From positions 6,636,001 through 6,700,000 of the forward strand of contig CM052818.1 in NCBI GenBank assembly GCA_028534125.1: 64,000 nt of DNA, read 5' to 3'. Origin of the DNA: Lama glama. Taxonomy: Eukaryota. Position 1 is the stretch's first letter. The number at the start of each line of letters is the position of its first letter. The position numbers and the translations under genes were made by a program. Positions 49,721-62,359 of this stretch are shown here, in pieces. The notes beneath the pieces are model-generated. The model did no database searches. It had not been told where the DNA came from and saw only the letters and a program-made list of their open reading frames with translations.

Positions 49721-49749
49721 TAAAAAATGTGGAGGAAGGGAACGAGAAG

Positions 49750-49930
49750 AGTACCAGTGTGCCACACCTCCTGTGTGCCAAACACCTCTCACATTTATCC
49801 TCTCAGCAACACTGGAAGGGAAGTATTATTTGTTCTACAGATGAGGAAAGGTAAATCTGAGAGGTTATGTGCCTTGCCCAAGGTCACACAGCTAGTGAAT
49901 GGCAGAGTTAGGATTTAAGCCAGTTCTCAT
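49750..49930 (-). mobile_element. MIR SINE
   Basis: tctacagatgaggaaa...tgagaggttatgtgccttgcccaaggtcacacagctagtgaatggcagag. Confidence 0.8.
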
Positions 49931-50019
49931 CATCGCCCTCTGCTGCCTCCGCCATTAATGCAGTGGTATGTCCCCACCCTTTGGAAGACAAGGTCTATTG
50001 CCCAGAGATTGCTTATTTG

Positions 50020-50650
50020 TGACAAGGAAAAGCGGTAATTAGGCAGTGGAGAAGCTTGACCGCGCATTGACCAGGTGAACAGAAGGAGCGTTAGCAGATG
50101 GACATCACCCAACACTTACGTCATCTTCTGGCCAAGGCTACATAACCTGAACCTCATTGTGAGGAAGCCTGCGAGCAACCCAAGTGGAGGAACTTTCTAT
50201 AAAATAGCTGGCCCCCGTTCTTCAAACATTCCAGCATCATCAAAGACAAAAGCTGAGGAACTGTTCCAGAGTAAAGAAAACAATGTCGCAGGTGGTGGTG
50301 GATTTGATTCCACACTAGAGTGGGGGACACGCTTTGCAGCCCTACTGGGCCAACTGACAAACTCGGAATATGGAGTGTAGAACAGAAAAAGTTATTGTAA
50401 CAGTATGAAATTTCTTGAATTTGATAACTGCACAGTGGCTCTGTAAAAGAATTTCCTGTTCTTAGGAAATACACACAAAGGTATTAAGTGACAAAGGGCC
50501 GTGATGTCTCAAATGGTTTGGAAGAAATAAATGTGGCTGCAGGATTCCTTATAGCAGCCAGCAGAGAGCTAAGCCCACAGCAGATAGTGAATTTCGAATC
50601 TGTTTCTATTTGATTAAATAATTCCGAAGTTTCCTGGCACCAAGGAAAAT
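50020..50650 (+). mobile_element. Old L1 3' end (L1MC-like)
   Basis: cataacctgaacctcattgtgaggaa...ctgaggaactgttccaga...aaatttcttgaatttgataactgcacagtggct..gtaaaagaatttcctgttcttaggaaatacaca. Confidence 0.7.
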
Positions 50651-53600
50651 ACTTTCCAACGTGGCTTTCTTGGTTTCTAACACGTCTGCTTGATTTCAGA
50701 GGAGGCACAAATAAAATCCTGATCCTTCACCAACCCCCTCCCCACTCCACTCCCAGCTCCTCAAAGGAAGGGGGAAACCCTACTGTGAATTTGTCTCACT
50801 TTATTATTATTTATAAATTCCACCACGTTTCCTGGAAATTTATTTGGGATGTTATTACTCTTACATATTCGTGGGGTGAAGAAAACAAACTCAGCAGGAC
50901 ACAGCTGAGCACATTCTCTGCTCTTCTGACCTCCTATTCCTATGAAACCGTAAGTCAGATGCTCACTCCACCAGATGGAGGGGAACTGAGCAGGGACTCC
51001 GGCTTGAAAAAGAAAGTTGTCTTTAATTTGACAAATACTGAGCCAGCCTCTACTCTGCGTGGTTTACAGGGCTCTTGTCCCAGACATGTGAGAGAACAAA
51101 CACATTATATTTTCCTGAACGAAATGTTTCAGAAATACCTCCAGTGTCCTTGACTGCAAAGTACCAGTTTCATTAAGACAGAATTGCATCCTGACCGTCT
51201 TTGGCAGGAAGTACTTATATTAGGGGCTTAGCTGCAATCAACATAGCCTGCCCTGGATGGTGTAAGCAGAAAAGAAAAGTTACTAAGGGACACTTGGGAG
51301 CTCACAGAATCCCTATGAGGGTCAGATCCAACTGAAGTTTATCCAGGCAGGAGTAAGACCTTCAGCAGGGACCCCCCCATCTCCTCTTCTGGGTGCAGCC
51401 TCTGCTGCCCACACCTCTGACCCTGGGCACTGGATACCAGGTGCCCTGTGCGACTGCCCCAGAAAATGCCCCAAAGCCCCAGGCCTGTGCTGCCCCCTGG
51501 GCAAGAAAGCATTCTTCTAGGTGTCTGCTTCCCAAGTGGAGAGACTGATGGGCAGACCCTCTCTGCAAGAAGGGCTGGGAGGCTGAGTTAGTGACTTCCG
51601 TCTCAAGGAAGCAGCACTGACAATGTAGAAAAGCCCCTTTATATGGAAAGAGGCTGCCAAAGATCCACCAGGATCGTGACCAACATCAAGGAATACAGCG
51701 TTAACGTGGGAACAGTCAAACCCGAGAGACTCCCAGCTTCTAGGTTTCCTTCGCAGTCACTCGTCCCCTGTACTTGCTTTCTCAGTCTTCCTCTGTTGTC
51801 CTGGCATTCCAAGGCTTATTTTGAATATGCAAACCCAAATCTGTAAAATCCTCAAATCTCTGTTCTAAAGTGAACCCGGTGAGGAGGAGACTGGAAGTAA
51901 TAACTATTCCAAGCACCTTGAAACCTGTTGTTCGCAGATGAGGAAAAGGGGACCCAGAAATGTGGGATTTGGCCACAGCTACTGTCTATGCTACTGGCCA
52001 GCACCAGGGTTTTCCAGAATGTGCTCCGCAGTGTATTGATAGATGGGTGGCCAAAGAGAGGAAAAGAAGGAAAGTAGGCAGTGATCACGAGAGAGACTTT
52101 GCAGGGAATAAAGAAAGTCCTCTCAATTTTCTTCCTGCAAGACTTCCCTGAGACTTCACTATGCTGCAAGGGAGGTTGATGCAGTTTCCCTAACTCCAGT
52201 AGGACCACAGAGAACACTTAGGATGTAAGGTGTCTTGCTGGGGCTTGGATTGCACCGAACACTCTTGGGGAAATTATCCCATGCTGCCTCTCACCTGAGT
52301 TAGAGCCCCGCTGAACACTTAACTTCTTCAAATTCAAAACCCAGAGACTTTCATGCAAATACCAGTTTAAATGTCACTGGCTTCAGACCAATTCTGTGGG
52401 CTACTTTAAAAAGGGAAGGAGGGATCAGCACCTGCAGACATTTAGTCCCTTTCAAGTTCTCTTGAATGTCGTGGGAAGTTGGTTCCCCTCCCCCACCATT
52501 TGATTTAGGAAACGCAGTTTGAGATCATTCAACAATGGGGCCCCTAATCTTACACGCAAGCTTTACCGTTAAATGACTGTAACTCACATAGGATAAAACG
52601 TTACCCAGGGAGGAAAAAAAGTTTCCTATGAAGTCAATTCAGTACACAGGAACTCTCACACGTGCTGATTTTGCAACAAACTGAAACGAACAATGTCATG
52701 AGTTGATTTGGGGGTTCTTTTTGTTTGTTTTGGTTTCTGGTTCACTGTCAAGTTCAGCTTGACAGATCACCTTCAAATTAATTCAACACATAAACATGAA
52801 CAAAACTTGCAAAAACTCTGGCTCCCACGCGAGCTGACCCTCCAGCCCCTCACCAGGACAGCTGCATTAGGCTGACACTTCCAACTGCAACATACCGCTT
52901 GGCTTAGTAATCCTTGGCGCACTTTATATTGAGATAATTTAGCAACCTGTTAAAGTGCCCACCACTCCTACTTTTTAAAGGTGTTCGTTTGGTTCTATTC
53001 AAAGGGCTATTAAGATATTGAAAAACCCCCCCACCTCTGAGGGGTGTCCCAAGCATCAGTCCCAAGGAATCTCTTCTTTGATGATAAAAGCACTGAATTG
53101 TGAAGGTCACCAGGCAACAGAAACTCTGAAATAGTTTCTGCTTGAGACTCCTTCATTTGGAATGGGTTTTGATGAACACTCAAGAAATCACTTCATACGT
53201 TTCATCAGATATTCACTTCTTTTAAACCACAGTTTTTAAAAAAGTGATGCTTTTCAACCAAATTGTAAAGTGTATTTTATCCATCATGAAAACTTGAAGG
53301 CAGACTGGTAATATAAATGGCTTTATGATAAAACCTGCTAAATAGATTTTAAAACAATTTTTGTATAGGACTTGATGTGTGTAAACATCCAAAAACAGAA
53401 GAGGAATCTGTTTCCAGGACCTCTTCAAACCAAGCCAGGCGCTCCACCCTCTTGGTCTTCCATCTCATATGAAAACATTTAATCCAGGTCCTAACCCTCA
53501 ACTGTCCCATGAGTTTGTGAATTACAGATTCTTGCACATCTGAAGTACTTTCTTGCAGCTTTTTTGGTTTTGCTTTGTTTTGTTTATCCTACACAACTTC

Positions 53601-56600
53601 CTTCCTTCCTTCCTACCCTTGGCTCCCCAGGGCTTTGAGAGATAGGCTAACCACTAATCACGTCCTCCTGCAGCAGTGATGGGGACTCGGATCCAGGCTC
53701 CTCCCTCTGCTCCTGGCCATCTTAAACAACACTGCTGTGCAGGGCGCGGCGCAGAGATCTGGGGAACACCCTTGACTTCAGATAGCAAGCGAATTTAGCT
53801 GCTGCTTAAGTGGCACACAGCTGCTCTGCATGGGAGCAGAGTTAATGTCTCCCAGAAGACATCGCCCCTTACACGGTTTAGCCTCTGCAGACGGCCTCCC
53901 ATTAGGTTGTCCCCACCGACAGTCACTCTGAGAGCTTTCTCATGCACCCACTGCACTAGAACATTCCACCCCGGGGCAAGTTCTTAGCTGATTTAAGTGA
54001 CTCAAATGTTTCCCCTCCCCAAGTGTTCTTTTCAAGGGCCATTTGGATTCCAGGGGCCACTGCTAACCTTCGTAACTGACACTCTTCCCATCTCTTGCCT
54101 TCCTGCTGTGAGTGGAGAGTTTGAAAACTCCACTGACTAATTTGCCAAGTTCTGACAAATTCAGGGCCTTGGACTAGAACGAACACCTGCTAGGCAAAAA
54201 CTAAGCCTACTGCCCCCCTCCCCATCCCCTACCAAAAGTTTGAATTTGATAAATCCTAAAAGTGTGCCAAGCCCTCTGGATTTACATGCCTGTGCCCAGC
54301 AGATAGTCGCTTGTTCACTCCCAGAGCCTCCACTTAATTTTCTTCACGGGAACAGTTTGCAATAAACAGGAGAGCGAGCTCTTACGGGGCACTTCATATC
54401 AAAGCACCTTTCTAATGGCCCGTGGGATGTCAGCCACTCCAGCCTGGGGGCACTCTACCCCTCAGCCTGAATTAAATTAAGGCACACAAGAGATGAGTGC
54501 TTTTCCCAAGGCCTCTGAGTGACGGTGGGGTCAAGGCGGGGTCCCAAGCTGCTCAAAGATTAGAGAGAGACAGAGAGACTCAGATGCTCATCACTCAGAA
54601 TCATTGCAGGGCGCTGAAGCGAAGGTTGTGCAGCCGGAGTGACGCTCAGGTTCAACTCTGCCTCTAAGGCTTCCTAGCTCCCAGCCCTTGCTCCAGTTAC
54701 TTCACCTCTGCAGTCTGTTTCCTCTTCTAAAGTGAAGGTAATACATCTGACCTGAACTCCCAGAGAAAGCGTGTAGAAGTGCTCAAGGGGCAGCAGCTGG
54801 CTCTTGGCGGGCACTCGAATGGTGACCATTACAGCATTCGGTCGCGTCATCATTCCTGCCACTAATACTTCCTGTGTGACTCCTTTAGTGAACCTAGGGC
54901 CTGAAGACCCCTGTTGGCTCATCTCACGAAAAGTCAAGGAAATTTAAAAGTTCAATGAACACTTGCTTAAGATGCAGTCTTGTTCTCTAAAAGGCAGTCA
55001 ACCAAGGCAGGAAAACGTGCTCCTTTTCCAAAAGGGACTTCAAAGGCCCTTTGAAACAGATAAGACTGGCAACACTTTCCTTTGTGAGTAAAATTAAGGT
55101 GCGGTAATAAAGGAAGCTGGTTTTTTCAAGGCATAGAGTGGGGGATGGGGGGAGAGATGGGGAGAGGGAGGGAGAGACGGAGACAGGGAGAGAAAGAGAA
55201 ACCAGGAATCCAAGAGTCGCTGGTAGGAAGTTCTAGGCGGGAGAGATTCTGTCTTCATTCTGTTAGAAAATTCCCTATCTTTTTGGTAAAAATATACTCA
55301 GATTTTTATCATTTAGGCTGTAGTTTAATTCTGTACAAAATTCCCCTGGTTTCTGATTCATGCTTTTCCAAGTGCAAAGGAGCCCTTCTAAGAGTGCCAC
55401 CTCAAGTTCTGGAAGTGCGGCCAGTTATCTGTGCCATAATCAGCTCCCCAAGAGGCACCTCAAAGTTTGAGAACCACTGGCCTAAATGTGGCCGGAAAGG
55501 CTAGGACAGGAAGAGGTGAAGGTGTGGAGAGGGAATACCTCAGAGACTCCCCGTTCTCTCTCGGTCTGAATGGAAATAGTTTACACCGACATTGTCAAAA
55601 ATCCAAGAGATCTGGGGTATAAATAGTTTCCTCATCTCTCCTCCATAAATCAGCCTGGCTGTTCTTGGCCCGCTCTCTCCTTGCAGGGTGGGCAGCTGTG
55701 AATCAAGCCAGGGTTTTATCTCCGCCTCTTCTCCGAACCTTGTCCTGCCTTTTGCAGATGTAATTCTTCCCTTGTCTGCCTCACAGCTAATTACTTTAGC
55801 AGACAAGTTCTGAACCTGAAGAAAACAGGATATATTCTTGAAAGTAAAAACTGTTCTGAAATTTAGTGGGGAACAGTCCCAGCTTTGGTATAAAATCAGC
55901 CCGTGAGGCAAACTACCACTTAGTTAGTTTGCCAGTTAGCAAAGCTTGAGTTCTAAGAGTTTACGGTGCTCTTTATATTTCATTTGATCCTGTCATTTCA
56001 GAGAATGTGGGAACAGCAAAGGCTGTTTTTGTGTCTGTGTGTGTGCTCTGGGTCATATTCAAAAGTTTTCTCGTCTCAGTGGTTCAAGGGCAGAGGTGGG
56101 CGGAGGGGGCACGCCATAAATCTAAGCCTCTTTAGACTCTTAAAATGTGGGAATTTCATTACATAAATCTTGCCCCTCACATAGTTGTTCAGAAGACCCA
56201 CAAATGCAACAACACTAAGAAAACTTTCATTTAGAATGCTCAAGAAAGCCTTTCTTATTGTTTTTAAAGCACCTAGGAGAAGATTTTTGTTGGCTCCCAC
56301 CAAAAATCTTAGCTTCTTTTGAACAGTATGAACAGGAAAAAAAAGTTTATGGCATAAAAGGGTGCTGCATACATAAAATGTAAAAAAGATAATTATCAGC
56401 CAACTCTTTCCTGAGATTGGTAGAATTAACCAAAACTAAAACAAAGAATATACCGTGAAATTCTCACTATTTTAAAATAGTAGTTTAAAGTCAAAAGATA
56501 GTTTTCCTAGAACACCTCCAGCTGTGTGTTTGAGAAAAGGCGAAGAGCAAACACAGATACCCCCAAAATCCACATTATGAAGAGCATTCAGCTTTAGGGG

Positions 56601-58254
56601 ACCTTGTGGTTTAAAGGTAGCTTTTATATCATAAGAAATTTATAGCAGTCATTAAAATGATTATCGGTCATAATGAACAAACAATTCCACTTTTGGACAA
56701 ATTTTGGTCAACACTGAGAACAAACAAGGCTTCTAAACATCTAATGTGCATTTTTAGCTACCATCAGAGGTGGTGCTTTTTAAAAAGCTGCAGGATATTT
56801 GCTGTGTGCTCTAGGGTAAAATGAACATTTTAAGAGACACGATCATGGTGAAAACAGTAGGAATGAGATATGTAGGCAAACAAATAGCAAAAAAATACAT
56901 CCAGCATCAAACACGCTCTCCATCTAGAGAAAATGCTAAAGCTTACTTACATGGGCTTGAGAAGAATTAGATTCAGAAGACAAAAGTCACTTCCTACTCA
57001 CCCAGAGGATCCAACAAACTCGTTCTCAGAGAGGGTTCCTGCACTGAAAACTAACCACCTCCTTACCTGCAGCTAGTTACTTAATCTTTCTCGTTCATGT
57101 ACTTACCTGCAGCTGTTGACAATTTAAATCTATAGGAGCAGCACGGCCCCCTCCCTCCTCCTCCTCCTCTCCGTTCAAATCTCTGGCTTAAATTATTCTT
57201 GCCTAAAAGAGCAAATGCAAGGGTAAGCTTTTGTCTCTCTCTCGTTGCTATTAACTAAAATCATTAAATCCCACAAAATTCCAAATTTTGGAACCAGCTG
57301 GGCTTATACTTTAAAATAAATCAAAACTTGAAACAACTAGATATAGGTGGTCTCCACATGGCTTCCAAAAGTTCACTTGTATGTCAGTTGCATGCAACTT
57401 GAAACAGACATTTCCTCTCCAGGAATAAAGCTACATCTGGTAGGTGGGTTGCTTGGCCAGAGGACAAATTATTTTCATCCATCAATTTGCTGAATCGTAG
57501 CACCAGCTGTAGTAGCTTGAGTTCAGGGAGCTGGGAACCATGCAAGTCAGAAGTGAAGGGAAAACATCTCTAAAACCAACTTCGAAATTAGCAGTTTGCT
57601 CTGGTTTTTTCACCACTTCCAGCACCCACTCCTAAAAAGTGACCTTGCCCTCGTGACTTCTTTACATCTCCTCTGGAGTCTGCCTGTTCTCTCCAGTGGA
57701 CTCGGGCCAAGCTTACAGACCTTCCCTCCACTTAAATCACAAAGAGCTGCTAATCTTCACTGGGTGTCAGTTTGAGTAAACCGGACTTCCTTTTAATTCA
57801 CACAAATGTGTAAATGACTGATGGTGCTTTAGCCTTCCCAGAAGAATTTGCATTTTGAGTGAAGGACATTATCACCACCTGAGTTTGGGGAGGAGGGGTG
57901 GAGGTCAGCACACTGGCCGCCCAGCCCCGCGCAGAGTCCGTTTCCAGGGCTTCTTCACTTCTGAGCCTATTTGCTGGAAGCTGCAGAAGAGAGGCAAGGG
58001 CACGCAGGTGTGGGCCCAGGGGAGCGGTTTGTACTTTGGGGCCTGCTTGCCCTGTTAACATCCTCCAACAGGGATGTGAGAGCTTTGGCAGGGAACAGAA
58101 CCGTCAGTGCAGCTGGAAAACTGGCAAATCCTCGGGCCTGAGTCAAGTAGGTCCACGAGTGGGGCCAGGGAACCTGCACTTTTCAAGCACTCCATCTGAT
58201 TCTGTCTTCATGTTGAGAAAGCCACTGAGTGGCAAACAATTTGACTGTTTTTTG

Positions 58255-58369
58255 GAAATGCTAATAATAGCTTTATTTATTTATATTTATTTACTTTTTA
58301 ATGGAGGTACTGGGGATCCAACCCAGTGCATGCTGTTTGCGCTCTACCACTGAGCTAGCACCCTCTCCC
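58255..58369 (-). mobile_element. vic-1-like SINE (antisense, internally shortened)
   Basis: tttatttattta...aatggaggtactggggat...gctctaccactgagcta; diverged TSD aatttgactgttttt / aatctgattgttttt. Confidence 0.85.
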
Positions 58370-59675
58370 TAATCTGATTGTTTTTAAATTTTAGGCAATT
58401 ACATTCCAGCTACATCAATTTCTATAGGATACTTAACATGTTAAACTCCACCTAAACCGCACAGTGAAAACAGGTGAAATGGTTTCCCTCATTGATGTAA
58501 GTCCTTTGAATTGTACCTAGTCAATAGTTTTAGGTTCCAAACCTACATTCCTTGTCAAGAGTTCTTAAACTCAACTAATGTCAGATGCTTTCACAGGTAA
58601 ATAGATCTAAGAAAGGACAATGTACAAATACACATGCACACTTGGAGGTACACTGAAGATTTCAAATTAAGGGGTCAAATGTTTATTATCAACTTATTTT
58701 CAACATTTGAACTTCAGTTAAGGTCCAGATTTCTTACACTTCAAACACTAAGTTGGCATGAAATACGGAAACATAAGAAGTTCATAGAAATAATTCTCAC
58801 TCAGGAAATTCTTAGATTTGATTCCCTAAGATAAGACAGGCCTTGCAATTTTCATGTGCATATGAAAGGTCTAAAAAATAAAAATCCCAGCCCCTGCATA
58901 CCAAGGTACTCATTTAACAAGAAGATCAAATTAATATTGTGGCAGGTCTTAACTTCAGAATTTCCTGAAGTAATTGCTTAAAAAGTCAACTTCATTTCAT
59001 AGTAATACCTTTACATTCAAATATTTATGATTACTCTCTTCTATGCATGGAATTCTTAATTCTGAAGAGTTGGGGCCCTTTTTCAAACCCTGCTTCAAGG
59101 AAGTACAAAGCAGCTCACTAGTTTTCTTTTTACTCATCTTAAAAGAAAAAAAATTGTACTCAACAGGCAAAAGCTCAACCTGATGTTAATGGCAAAAGGC
59201 ACTGTTCTGACTCAGGAGTCTACCTTGGACTTCAAAACCATACCTTAGCCTTGTGATTGGCTTCCACGCTTCTGAACCCCAAACCTTTCAACTGGTCCAT
59301 GCAAATACAGGTAAAATACTAATTCTTCTATTTCAAGGAAATTTGCAGACTCCTTTCCAGGCTTTCCTTTTTCCTCTAGAGGGTAGGAGAGCTGAGAAAG
59401 GACAGGAACTCTCTTCTGCCAAAGGAGAGAGATGATTTGGGTTCCCCCTACCCAGTTAGGTATTTCACAACTGCACTTAACACAAAATAAGATATTTATA
59501 ATAGGTACAACACTTTTTTTTGTCACTACTGTAGTGTAGATGACTTAAACAAAAGCAACTATAGTTTAATAGCTTCTTTCTAACTTTAGATGTTATCTAA
59601 CCAATGTAGAGAAAGATGCTTTAGGATGCTTTTAAAATGTTAAGCTTAATGTGAAAAATCACTGGAATTTACATA

Positions 59676-59990
59676 CAGTTGGCTCTCCTTATGGCAGGTC
59701 CCACACCTGCGAATTCAACCAACAGCAGATTGAAAATAGTCAGGAAAAAAATTTCAGAAAGCTCCAAAAAGCAAAACTCGATTGCAACTATTTGCATAGC
59801 ATTTACTTTTAATATTGTAAGTAATCTAGGGGTGATGTAAAGTATAGAGGAGGATGGGTGTAGGTTATACATAAATACTATGCCACATTTTATATGAGGA
59901 CCTGAGCATCCCTGGATTTTGCTATCCTGGTGCACGGATGCAAGGGGCAGGGTAGTGTCCTGAAACCAATTCCCCGTTGATACCAGTTAA
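59676..59990 (-). mobile_element. MER2-family Tigger (TcMar) MITE
   Basis: Begins after TA with cagttggc; contains gtaagtaatctag...taaagtatagaggaggatgggtgtaggttata...tttatatgaggacctgagcatcc...gtcctgaaaccaattcccc. Confidence 0.8.
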
Positions 59991-61241
59991 AATAGCTGCC
60001 TTATTTATATCCCTAATTTTACATTTATTCTATGGCTAAGGTTACTGATACACAGTGGGATTACTAAAGTCAGTGATTTGACCGTTACAAAGTGCAAATA
60101 TGCTTTCCCAGGTTCTTCCCCCACCTCCTGCACTTACCTCTGATGTAGCATTTTCAATCTTCTAATAGCTCAAGAAATTTGAGTGGGAGGAAAAAAGTGA
60201 CCTACAAATACCCCAGGTACTGTGGATAGTTGGCCAATTAGTCTAAAGTTAGACAGCATGTTAAGTATTGAAGTAAAATCAACCCTCGAGTTTCTGGTTC
60301 ACTTTAATTGGATACCCTCTTTTCTAAAATTAATACAGTTTAAAAAAAAAAAAGTAGTATCCTGCACAGATTGAGTAAGAGTAAACTGTAAAATAAATAA
60401 GTAAATAAAAAAATAAAAATAAATAAAATTAGTACAGTTAATAACCACACTCAGTTGTACAGCAGTCAAGGTTTGTGGGTGAAAAAATACCAAGAGCACT
60501 GAGACATTCACTCCATCAACAGTATCTAGCGCGGGGCCCAGGATTTTCTCCCTCTGTAACACATAAAGACAGCAGCCACATTATTCTTCTAGTGACTCAG
60601 AGGCTAAATGAAAGACACGAGAGGCAAACCTCAGAAAGTCCTGGGGGACTTTGCCGTGAAGGGAGCAATGAGGTTCAAGCGCACAAGTTCACGGAGAAGG
60701 AAAAACAAAAATACTCACATGTACTCCCCAGCCCCTCATCCTCAAAGGCTAGTAGGAAAGCAAGAAAGGATCAGTTCAATAAATTTTCATCTGCCTTTAG
60801 TTATTTTGTTAAAAAATAATATGCCTAAAAGTCTGCAGAGGAGCTAAAACGTTCTTGAAAGAGGCATGTTCCACACAGGTCTCTTGAGCATTCCCAGCAC
60901 TGCGAGAGCCACCTTAAACCTTCCTGGAAACAAAACAGCCTAGTTGAGGAAAAACATCCGTAACAGAGCTGCAGCTGTAATTTGCTCTTATTTCTAGGAT
61001 TTTTTTCTTACGTATTTAAAATCACATCAAAAAATAAAGATCACACCAAAAATCAATTATTTTTTAGTCAAATCGAATGACACTGAACTGAATTTGGTCT
61101 ATCAACTAGCATAAAGTTGTCAATCTATCTTGCGTTAACAAAACTGAAAATATGAATAAAAATAAGAAAATAAAACCAAAGAGAAAAACTACTGAGAGGA
61201 AAAACAAAGACAAAATTCAGATTTACTTTGAAAAATCTGAT

Positions 61242-61247
61242 TTTATT
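61242..61247 (-). terminator. Distal ACTR2 poly(A) signal AATAAA
   Basis: TTTATT on +. On - it is followed ~27 nt later by TTTTGTCTTTGTTTTTCC, a canonical downstream element. Confidence 0.75.
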
Positions 61248-62345
61248 TTCTGAATCAAAAAGTGTATTCATGTTAAATTTAGCATGTTTAGCTTTCCATT
61301 GATCTCTCAAAATACTTTCCAGATATTGTTAACAGTGCTCAGAACTGTGTGAAAGTTAACATCAACACCATTTTAAAGAAAAAACTTTAAATGTAGGATC
61401 TATTTCTAAGAAACCGTCCTCAAAGATCAAGGCATGGGCAATTCTAATTTTAAAAGAAAAGAATTTTAATCATTATTGGAAATTTAAATATTAGTAACGG
61501 TTTTCAAGAGCTATAAATCAGATCTCTTTTAAAACAGAAAAAATTTTTATTTCTGAGGGACTCACACTTGACAACTCCAATTAAACATAATACTTCCCCC
61601 ACCCCCCCAAAATTACGCAATGCATTACTTCACCTTGGAATACGAAAATTATAAAATGTAATTTAAAAATTATACTCTTGTTATATATTAATACACCATT
61701 TTAACTGTCATGTTTGCTAGCAGAATTATAAAATTAAAACCAAATTCTACATTCAAGGGACAAATGACAAATGCTTTCATTGTTTTATTTAAGAGTCTAT
61801 CCCAGGCTTTGTTGTCTTCTACCCCCATTATTTTAAAATGACCAAAGGTCAAGCGAGAGTCAATCCATTTACCTCAAATCAACAACTAGTAGGTACCAAT
61901 CCTACATCTGTGTCCTTTAACAACTGTACTCAAAAACCTGGGGGGATTTATAAGAACATGATTTAGGAACATTTTAGAATTCCAAAGTGACTCCGACACG
62001 TCCCTAAAATCTAATAGACGTTATTCACAGGCTATCATGTGTACTGAAGCATGTCCAGCATGCAGGCAAACTTCTTTTATTTGCTCAAATTGAGGTAAAA
62101 CAGACAAAAAATATGTAATATTAACAGAAACTGCATAATTAAAACCAGCCTTCTTTTGCTGCTTATTTCATGTAAACTGATTTTTAAGTTTTCTCACAAA
62201 AGAGATGCTACAAGCCAGTAATTTCTCCAATTTCAGTCACCAAAAAGTAGCTTCTTCTTTCAAAATCATTATTAGTAAAAAATGTTTTGAAATAAAGGAA
62301 AACATTTTTTCCCAGAACCTGCATTTTGTACTTCACGTGATACAA

Positions 62346-62359
62346 TTTATTACTTTATT
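62346..62359 (-). terminator. Tandem AATAAA pair, candidate proximal ACTR2 poly(A) site
   Basis: Minus strand reads AATAAAGTAATAAA (TTTATT at 62346-62351 and 62354-62359). Confidence 0.5.
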
